Assembly: GCF_900095195.1 (NCBI RefSeq) | Contig: NZ_LT606950.1 | Location: 1,371,946-1,403,945, forward strand | Reading direction: 5' to 3' | Source of the DNA: Polynucleobacter necessarius | GTDB lineage: Bacteria; Pseudomonadota; Gammaproteobacteria; Burkholderiales; Burkholderiaceae | DNA length: 32,000 bases | Shown here: positions 25,241 to 32,000 of the stretch, in pieces | How the letters are laid out: each line of letters opens with the position of its first letter | How positions within the stretch are numbered: position 1 is the stretch's first letter | Position numbers and translations under genes: made by a program | The notes under the pieces: generated by a model | The model's database searches: none | Seen by the model: the letters and a program-made list of their open reading frames with translations, nothing else | Told to the model about the DNA's origin: nothing

Positions 25241-25254
25241 TCTTCAACCGTAAA

Positions 25255-26007
25255 ATGAATGGTGCCCAGTTACTTCGTTATTCCAGTCATTTATTGCTTG
25301 AGGATATCGATGTTGCTGGGCAAAAAAGATTATTAAATGCACACGCCCTAGTGGTTGGGGCTGGAGGACTAGGAAGCGCTGTCGCCCCCTACCTGGCTGC
25401 TGCCGGAGTTGGGCATATCACTTTGCTAGATCACGATGATGTTGAATTAACCAATTTGCAACGCCAAATCATGCATACCGAGCTCACTATTGGTAAAAGC
25501 AAAGTCGCCTCCGGAAAACAATTTTTGCAACAACTAAATCCTGGAATTCAGGTTGAAGCTATTCAAGCAAAAGCTGACGAATTCTTGTTGGATGAGATAC
25601 GCCATAGAGTCGATATTGTTTTAGATTGCACTGATAATTTTCAGACACGCCAACCCATCAATGCTAGTTGTGTGAACCATCAAAAACCATTGGTCTCAGG
25701 CTCTGCCCTTCGCTTTGACGGACAAGTATCCGTATTTGATCCTCGCAATCGCAACTCCCCTTGCTATGCCTGCATCTTTTCACCGGATGAAACTTTTGAA
25801 GAAGTCAGCTGTGCAAGCATGGGAATCTTTTCTCCTCTCGTTGGAATTATTGGCACTATTCAAGCAGGCCAAGCATTACAGGTATTAATTGGGTTTGGAG
25901 AGCCACTCATTGGGAGAATGTTGCTTTGGAATGCTCGTACTACACAGATTGATCAAATTCAGATTGCGCGCAACTCTGACTGCCCCATCTGCGGGACAGA
26001 GCACTAA
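25255..26007 (+). CDS. moeB: HesA/MoeB/ThiF family adenylyltransferase (MoeB-like)
   Basis: Nucleotide-binding motif VVGAGGLGS, LTNLQRQ, and zinc Cys pairs CYAC and CPIC. Confidence 0.85.
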   Translation: MNGAQLLRYSSHLLLEDIDVAGQKRLLNAHALVVGAGGLGSAVAPYLAAAGVGHITLLDHDDVELTNLQRQIMHTELTIGKSKVASGKQFLQQLNPGIQVEAIQAKADEFLLDEIRHRVDIVLDCTDNFQTRQPINASCVNHQKPLVSGSALRFDGQVSVFDPRNRNSPCYACIFSPDETFEEVSCASMGIFSPLVGIIGTIQAGQALQVLIGFGEPLIGRMLLWNARTTQIDQIQIARNSDCPICGTEH

Positions 26008-26014
26008 GAGAGTA

Positions 26015-27763
26015 TTACGCCAGCAGGCGCTCTAAGGCTTTAGCTTGAGCCTCTGGCTCATAAGCCTTCAACACTCTGGGGAAGCGCGCTTTTAAAATAC
26101 CGACGTTAGCCTGTAGGATCTCCCGCTTGACCAACAACAGTTGACTAAAGTGCATCGAAAAGTCTGTGAGACCCATAGCTAATAATAATTTTGTTAATGC
26201 AGGATCACCTGCCATCTCACCACAAACCGCAACGGGAACGTTGGCACGTTTTGCTTGATCAATAATGCTGGCAAGTAAATTCAAAATCGCAGGATGAAAC
26301 GGATCATACAAGTGGGCAACGGCATGATCTGCACGATCGATTGCAAGTGCGTACTGAATTAAATCATTTGTGCCAATGGATAGGAAATCAAACCGGTTGA
26401 TGAATAAAGGCAGAACGAGTGCAGCAGCTGGAATTTCGATCATTGCACCCACCTGAATATTCTGGTTAAATGATTGACCGCGATGGGATAACTGCTGCTT
26501 TGCTTTTTCAATCAAACGAAATGTTTCATCAATTTCCTTGGCATGAGCCAGCATCGGAATCATGATGCGTGCTTGACCATGAGCAGAGGCGCGCAAAATA
26601 GCGCGCAATTGCGTCAGAAATATTTCAGGCTCTGTGAGAGACCAGCGAATCGCCCGCAAACCCAATGGAGACGTGCCAGTTTGCGATACATCGCCACCAG
26701 CACCTAAGGCTTTATCAGCGCCAACGTCAATCGTGCGAATGTTGACAGGCAGTCCATGCATTAAATCAACTACGCGACGGTATTCTTGATATTGTTGCTC
26801 TTCATCCGCAAGAGCTTGTTTACGATTCATAAACAAAAATTCGGAGCGGAATAACCCCACCCCAACAGCCCCGAGCTTTACTGCCTGTATCGCATCTTCA
26901 GGCAATTCGATATTGGCAAAAAGTTCAATATCGACTCGATCCAACGTTTCTGTTTTGGCATGCTTTAACTGTTGTAACTTACGAGCCTTTTTAGCGACTT
27001 GTGTTTGTAGCTTGCGATACTCTGCCAAAAGTTGCTCATCCGGCGCAACCACCACAATGCCACGTTCGCCATCGAGAATAAGCCAATCTCCATGGCGAAT
27101 CATTTCACTAGCATGACGCACGCCTACAACAGCAGGTATTTCCATGCTTCGCGCAACAATGGCCGTGTGCGAAGCTTTACCGCCAAGATCCGTAACAAAT
27201 CCAGTGAAGGCATGTTCTTTAAAACCCAACATGTCATGTGGCGCAATATCGTGCGCCACAATAATCGATTTCACCCCAATATCACTTGGGGGTAGAAAAT
27301 CTGAACCGCCTATTTCTTCTCTTCGAAGGTTAAGGGCCTTAATGACACGCTCTGCAACTTGCCGAATATCGTTCGCACGTTCTTTTAAGTAGGGATCCTC
27401 AATCTCAGCAAACTGCTCTAAAAGATCATTAAGTTCTGTAGTTAAAGCCCAGGCAGCATTCAGCCTCTGTGTGCGAATGAGCTTAATTGGCTTTTCAGCC
27501 AGAGCTGGGTCAGCCAATATCATTCCGTGAACATCCAAAAACGCACTCATTTCTTGTGGGGCATCTTTGGGCAAACCCATACGCAATTGATCCAGTTCAA
27601 GGCGAACGTGATTAAACGCCTCTAATAGTTTTTGTGCTTCCGCCTCTTCTTTTCCGGGCTCAACAAGATGGTGACTTACTTCGAGAGCTGCGCGCGAAAT
27701 CAGTACAGCCTTGCCGATAGCAATGCCTTTTGATACTGGAATTCCATGCAGCGCAAACGTCAT
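26015..27763 (-). CDS. ptsI: phosphoenolpyruvate-protein phosphotransferase (PTS enzyme I)
   Basis: Phospho-histidine motif GGKASHTAIVARSM and PEP-utilising motifs FLSIGTNDLIQY and CGEMAGD. Confidence 0.95.
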   Translation of the reverse strand: MTFALHGIPVSKGIAIGKAVLISRAALEVSHHLVEPGKEEAEAQKLLEAFNHVRLELDQLRMGLPKDAPQEMSAFLDVHGMILADPALAEKPIKLIRTQRLNAAWALTTELNDLLEQFAEIEDPYLKERANDIRQVAERVIKALNLRREEIGGSDFLPPSDIGVKSIIVAHDIAPHDMLGFKEHAFTGFVTDLGGKASHTAIVARSMEIPAVVGVRHASEMIRHGDWLILDGERGIVVVAPDEQLLAEYRKLQTQVAKKARKLQQLKHAKTETLDRVDIELFANIELPEDAIQAVKLGAVGVGLFRSEFLFMNRKQALADEEQQYQEYRRVVDLMHGLPVNIRTIDVGADKALGAGGDVSQTGTSPLGLRAIRWSLTEPEIFLTQLRAILRASAHGQARIMIPMLAHAKEIDETFRLIEKAKQQLSHRGQSFNQNIQVGAMIEIPAAALVLPLFINRFDFLSIGTNDLIQYALAIDRADHAVAHLYDPFHPAILNLLASIIDQAKRANVPVAVCGEMAGDPALTKLLLAMGLTDFSMHFSQLLLVKREILQANVGILKARFPRVLKAYEPEAQAKALERLLA

Positions 27764-27765
27764 AC

Positions 27766-28035
27766 TTACTCGCCCTCTCCGAAGCGATCATTAATTAATG
27801 CGGTAAGTACCTCCATGGCCTCATCCGCCTTATCACCAACTGTCTCCAACGTGACAGTGCTACCGATACCTGCAGCTAACATCATGACTCCCATGATGCT
27901 TTTGGCATTAATTTGACGTCCATTACGTGACAGAAATATTTCACAGGGAAATTGGGCCGCCAATTGTGACAACTTGGCTGACGCTCTAGCATGCAGCCCT
28001 AACTTGTTGATAATTTCGATCTCAGCTACTGGCAT
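27766..28035 (-). CDS. ptsH: HPr family phosphocarrier protein
   Basis: 89 aa with the His15 motif NKLGLHARAS and a Ser46-region motif AKSIMGVM. Confidence 0.92.
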   Translation of the reverse strand: MPVAEIEIINKLGLHARASAKLSQLAAQFPCEIFLSRNGRQINAKSIMGVMMLAAGIGSTVTLETVGDKADEAMEVLTALINDRFGEGE

Positions 28036-28050
28036 TACAGTGCACTCCCA

Positions 28051-28473
28051 TTACTCTTGATCTACTTTTGCGCCTAGACGCAAAATGCCGTTCTGCCCAC
28101 CGGCAAGTGCTTTTTGGGCTAACTCTTCCATACCCTCTCCGCGGTGTGAAATACAGCGCATTAACATGGGCAGATTTAACCCCACCAAAACAATGACAGG
28201 GGCATTTAATCCAGACAATGGGCCTAAGCTTTCTAGCTTGGATGCCACATTTGCTGGGGTCGCACCCATAACATCGGTCAACATCAGGACTCCGTTGCCA
28301 GTATTGACACCATAGGCTGCCTTAAGGACTCGATCAAAGCTGGCTTTGACATCCTCATGCGGAGGAATATCAACCGCTCTGACACGTTCAGGTAAAACAC
28401 CAAAGGTGTGCTCTGCAAAACTGAGCATTGCACTAGCTATCGGAGTGTGTGCAACGATTACGATTCCAGCCAT
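28051..28473 (-). CDS. PTS EIIA component, mannose/fructose family
   Basis: The N-terminus MAGIVIVAHTPIA carries the phosphorylatable His of EIIA(Man)-type proteins. ATG 28473 is preferred over the TTG at 28494. Confidence 0.82.
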   Translation of the reverse strand: MAGIVIVAHTPIASAMLSFAEHTFGVLPERVRAVDIPPHEDVKASFDRVLKAAYGVNTGNGVLMLTDVMGATPANVASKLESLGPLSGLNAPVIVLVGLNLPMLMRCISHRGEGMEELAQKALAGGQNGILRLGAKVDQE

Positions 28474-28504
28474 GTTATGCCAAGGTCCTCTCAAACGCTT
28501 TTAA

Positions 28505-29416
28505 TCAAAATTGCGAAACATTAAATTGACTTTGCTCGCTTATTTCAACAAAACAGGTTGGGCTAGTAACATTTATCTCAGTCAAATACCCACTAATTAA
28601 ATCTAGCCCCACCAAAAATAATCCACGCTCATTCAAAATAGGCGCAAGTTTTTCTGCTATGCGCTTTTCATCTGCAGTTAAGGGCATTGCAACTCCTTTG
28701 CCTCCCGCAGCTAAGTCTCCACGAATTTCTTTTCCTTGTGGAATTCTTGCTAACGCAAAGGGCACAACTTGCCCTCTGATCAACAATACACGTTTATCGC
28801 CTTGAGCAATCTCGGGCAAAAAGCGTTGCACCATTAATGTTCTAGCGCCATTCTCGCCAAGCGTCTCAACAATGCTAGCAAGATTTAAACCATCTGGGCC
28901 AACTCGAAACACGCCCATGCCACCCATGGCATCGAGTGGCTTAATAACAATATCGCTATGTACTTTATGAAACTCTTCCACTGCGCTCAGTTCACGGGTA
29001 ACCAAGGTAGGCGGAATAAGTTCCGGAAACTCTGTGATGGAAAGTTTTTCCGAATGATCACGCACTGCAGTTGGATCATTAAATACTCTAGCGCCCTGGC
29101 GCTTAGCAGCCGACAATAGCCACGTAGTATTGAGATATTCAATATCAAACGGAGGGTCTGTTCTCATTTGTACCGCCGAGAAGACATTTAGTGCACGAGA
29201 TTGTTGTTCACCCAATTCAAACCAAACAGATAAACTAGACTTAATTGATAAAGGCTGGCAGTCGGCAACCACCAAATCACCCTTCCACAAAATATGACGA
29301 CTTTCGCAAAACCAAAGATGATGTTCCGCCTCCTGGGCAACCCGCATCATCGCTAGCGTGGAATCTTTGTGAACTTTAAAAGACTCTAGGGGGTCGGCAA
29401 TAAATAAAAGGTTCAT
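28505..29416 (-). CDS. gshB: glutathione synthetase
   Basis: The N-terminus MNLLFIADPLESFKVHKDST has the GshB pre-ATP-grasp character. The ATP-grasp C-terminal half contains YLTEINVTSP. There is an ATGA overlap with the gshA stop. Confidence 0.9.
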   Translation of the reverse strand: MNLLFIADPLESFKVHKDSTLAMMRVAQEAEHHLWFCESRHILWKGDLVVADCQPLSIKSSLSVWFELGEQQSRALNVFSAVQMRTDPPFDIEYLNTTWLLSAAKRQGARVFNDPTAVRDHSEKLSITEFPELIPPTLVTRELSAVEEFHKVHSDIVIKPLDAMGGMGVFRVGPDGLNLASIVETLGENGARTLMVQRFLPEIAQGDKRVLLIRGQVVPFALARIPQGKEIRGDLAAGGKGVAMPLTADEKRIAEKLAPILNERGLFLVGLDLISGYLTEINVTSPTCFVEISEQSQFNVSQF

Positions 29417-30738
29417 CTTCTTTTAGAATGTTTGGCTAGATATGCTATTTCCATATCAGGATCGGTTCTCTCCTGCTCTAGAGAGGCCGCTAGCAATGCC
29501 AAGCGAGCAACTACGCCATAAAGATAGAAACGATTTGGGGCTGCACTACCTGGCTTGGCGCCAAGGTCTGGCATTGAGTTTTGCTCAAATGCTAACGGCA
29601 CAAAATGCATTCCTGGTGCATTTAAGTTTTCATCCGGGCCACGATCGGTATGCACACGATAAAAGCCACCAATGACATAACGGTCAATCATGTATACCAC
29701 TGGCTCAGCAACAGCTTCATTTACTTTCTCGAAGGTATAAACACCCTCCTGAATAAGCACATCACTAACTTCAAGACCCTCTTTCACAACACTCATTTTG
29801 TTGCGATCTTTACGATTCAAATCCTTTAATTGCGATTGGTCATTTACAACCATCGCGCCCATGCCATATGTGCCAGCATCCGCCTTAACCACTACATAGG
29901 GTTTTTCTTTGATGCCATATTCACGATATTTCTTTGCAGTCTTTTTTAAAACTTGCTCAACTGCAGCCTGCAGTTCTTCCTTGCCTTTACGCTCATGGAA
30001 ATTAATATTTGAACAGCTCGTAAAGTAGGAATTAATCATCCACTGATCAATATCGACGACCTTTGCAAACTTCTTAGCAACTTCTTCGTAAGCGGCAAAA
30101 TGGTTCGATTTGCGACGCACATGCCAGCCAGCGTGCAAGCCAGGCAATAAGTATTGCTCATAAATGTTTTCGAGTATCGGTGGGATACCTGCAGACAAAT
30201 CATTGTTCAGCAAAATAGAGCAGGGGTCGAAATCTTTGAGGCCTAAGCGCTGCTTTTTTAATCCAAGTCGAGATAAGGGCTCCATCAACAAGCGATTACC
30301 ATCAGGTAACCCAACCCATGTAGGCTTCTTAATTTCTTCCGAGAAAGTACCCAGACGCACATTCAACCCCGCTTGACGCAAGATTGATGAAAGGCGCGCA
30401 ATATTTTGTAGATAAAAAGTATTGCGGGTGTGTCGCTCAGGAATCAGTAATAGGTTTTTAGCTTCAGGGCAAATCTTTTCAATTGCTGCCATAGCTGCTT
30501 GTACGGCCAACGGCAACATTTGTGGGGAGAGATTATTAAACCCTCCAGGAAATAGATTTGTATCAACTGGGGCTAACTTAAACCCTGAATTGCGCAAATC
30601 GACTGAGCAATAAAATGGGGGGGTGTGTTCTTGCCATTCCAGCCTAAACCAGCGCTCAATTGTGGGAGTAGCTTCAAGTACCTTTGACTCCAATTCGAGC
30701 AAAGGACCGCTTAGGGCAGTGATGAGATGTGGAACCAT
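29413..30738 (-). CDS. gshA: glutamate-cysteine ligase (betaproteobacterial / Acidithiobacillus-type GshA)
   Basis: The 441-aa protein resembles the non-enterobacterial GshA family (FYCSVDLRNSGFKLAPVDTNLFPGGFNN). It is translationally coupled to gshB. Confidence 0.8.
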   Translation of the reverse strand: MVPHLITALSGPLLELESKVLEATPTIERWFRLEWQEHTPPFYCSVDLRNSGFKLAPVDTNLFPGGFNNLSPQMLPLAVQAAMAAIEKICPEAKNLLLIPERHTRNTFYLQNIARLSSILRQAGLNVRLGTFSEEIKKPTWVGLPDGNRLLMEPLSRLGLKKQRLGLKDFDPCSILLNNDLSAGIPPILENIYEQYLLPGLHAGWHVRRKSNHFAAYEEVAKKFAKVVDIDQWMINSYFTSCSNINFHERKGKEELQAAVEQVLKKTAKKYREYGIKEKPYVVVKADAGTYGMGAMVVNDQSQLKDLNRKDRNKMSVVKEGLEVSDVLIQEGVYTFEKVNEAVAEPVVYMIDRYVIGGFYRVHTDRGPDENLNAPGMHFVPLAFEQNSMPDLGAKPGSAAPNRFYLYGVVARLALLAASLEQERTDPDMEIAYLAKHSKRR

Positions 30739-30759
30739 TTCACCATTGTAAGATTATTA

Positions 30760-30790
30760 AAAGAAAAACGCGGAATCCAAAGATCCCGCG
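30760..30790 (-). terminator. rho-independent terminator downstream of amtB
   Basis: The minus strand reads CGCGGGATC-TTTG-GATTCCGCG, a 9-bp stem with one G-U pair, followed by TTTTTCTTTT. A second 8-bp hairpin (CTAGGCGG/CTGCCTAG) lies just upstream at 30798-30820. Confidence 0.65.
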
Positions 30791-30838
30791 CTTGAAACTA
30801 GGCAGCCAATGACCGCCTAGTGAGGGGTAAAACCGAGA

Positions 30839-32000
30839 TTAAGACTCGTAAGCAGACTCACCATGTGAGCTGATATCCAAGCCTTCGCGCTCTTCCTCTT
30901 CCTTAACGCGCAATCCAATCACGATATCGACTAGCTTGTAAGCGATAAACGCTACAACTCCAGACCAAATCAATGTAGTAGCTACCACTTGGAACTGAAT
31001 CCACACTTGGGAAGCAATGGAGTAGTCAGGGATTACTGCATTTGCAACATAATCCCAAACCCCAGTTCCGCCCAATGCTGGATCGGCAAACACACCAGTC
31101 AGCAAAGCACCAGAGATACCGCCTACGCCGTGAACACCAAAGACATCCAAGCTGTCATCAGCACCGAGGATCTTTTTGAGGCCAGTAACACCCCAGTAGC
31201 AAACGATGCCTGCAATCAAGCCAATTACCAAAGCACCAACCACACCAACAAAACCTGCTGCCGGAGTGACTGCAACTAAGCCTGCTACTGCACCAGAAGC
31301 TGCGCCCAAAATGGATGGCTTTTTCTTGAAAATCCATTCAACCAAAGTCCAAGTTACAACTGCAGCTGCCGTTGCAAGCAATGTATTCACAAAAGCCAAT
31401 GCTGCACCACCGCTGGCCTCAAGAGCAGATCCAGCATTAAAACCAAACCAACCTACCCACAACAAAGATGCGCCGATCCAAGTAAATGTGAGGTTGTGTG
31501 GCTTCATCGCTTCTTTGCCGTAACCAATTCGCTTACCGACAACATACGATCCCACGAGACCAGCAATAGCGGCATTGATGTGAACAACCGTTCCACCAGC
31601 AAAGTCGAGCGCACCCTTTTGGAATAACCAGCCAGATGCAGCAACTGCATTTTCTGCTGCAGCAGCATCTGTAAAGGCATCAGGACCAGGCCAGAACCAA
31701 ACCATGTGAGCGATTGGCAAGTAGCTGAAAGTAAACCAAATGATTGCGAACAACAATACTGCAGAGAACTTCACGCGCTCTGTGAATGCACCAATGATCA
31801 ACGCAACAGTAATAGCTGCAAACGCACCCTGGAATGCTGCAAATCCAAATTCAGGAATTACCACGCCTTTGCTAAATGTAGCTGCAGCAGTATCAGGGGT
31901 AATGCCCGCTAGGAATAGCCTATCAAACCCTCCAAAAAACGCCCCTCCCTCAGTAAATGCAATGCTATAGCCATAGATTGACCACAACACAATAGTGAGA
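30839..32000 (-). CDS. amtB: ammonium transporter AmtB (5' end beyond the window)
   Basis: It has the Amt signatures DFAGGTVVHINAAIAGL and DDSLDVFGVHGVGG and an acidic C-terminal tail. The reading frame stays open upstream of the GTG at 31990 to the window edge (..LTIVLWSIYGYS), so the gene is truncated by the window. Confidence 0.9.
   Translation of the reverse strand, partial: LTIVLWSIYGYSIAFTEGGAFFGGFDRLFLAGITPDTAAATFSKGVVIPEFGFAAFQGAFAAITVALIIGAFTERVKFSAVLLFAIIWFTFSYLPIAHMVWFWPGPDAFTDAAAAENAVAASGWLFQKGALDFAGGTVVHINAAIAGLVGSYVVGKRIGYGKEAMKPHNLTFTWIGASLLWVGWFGFNAGSALEASGGAALAFVNTLLATAAAVVTWTLVEWIFKKKPSILGAASGAVAGLVAVTPAAGFVGVVGALVIGLIAGIVCYWGVTGLKKILGADDSLDVFGVHGVGGISGALLTGVFADPALGGTGVWDYVANAVIPDYSIASQVWIQFQVVATTLIWSGVVAFIAYKLVDIVIGLRVKEEEEREGLDISSHGESAYES

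Noticed and set aside
31206-31523. A 105-aa plus-strand ORF and several others (30989-31279, 31706-31970) lie antisense to amtB.
   Set aside because: These are Ala/Pro/Thr-rich shadow frames opposite a Gly/Ala-rich transporter gene. amtB itself is unambiguous.

Overview
This window is a densely packed core-genome segment with about 43 genes and very short intergenic spacers. The gene order ispE, tRNA-Gln, prs, rplY, pth, then the M16 peptidase pair, ftsY and rpoH, fits a streamlined betaproteobacterium of the Burkholderiales. Moderate-to-low GC and tight packing suggest something Polynucleobacter-like; that is inferred from gene order and protein sequences by eye, with no database check. About 9588-18552 on the minus strand is a complete aa3/caa3-type cytochrome c oxidase supercluster. 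It holds coxB, coxA, a tiny ORF, ctaG, a DUF2970 gene, coxC, an opposite-strand two-TM mini-protein, SURF1, an uncharacterised Sco-like protein, ctaA, cyoE/ctaB and SCO1. The rest is housekeeping: a BioC-like methyltransferase, comF, trmL, gpsA, secB, a rhodanese gene, gpmA, ctpA, moeB, ptsI-ptsH-EIIA(Man), gshB-gshA and a window-truncated amtB. I found no mobile elements, CRISPR arrays, rRNA genes, toxin/defence-like genes or large repeats, and no convincing candidate for a new multi-gene system. The best leads are local. (1) A glutaredoxin gene missing from the ORF track is broken by two separate 1-nt frameshifts. (2) A perfect 19-bp terminator-like hairpin lies inside the cox operon and sequesters the ATG of a 24-codon membrane mini-ORF. 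(3) An uncharacterised membrane-anchored protein between SURF1 and ctaA looks by eye like a divergent Sco/thioredoxin-fold protein with CX6C instead of CX3C. (4) A BioC-like methyltransferase has a degenerate SAM-binding loop. (5) Extreme compaction produces convergent gene overlaps and 11-23 nt divergent spacers. All functional calls rest on motif and family recognition from the translated ORFs, not on searches.
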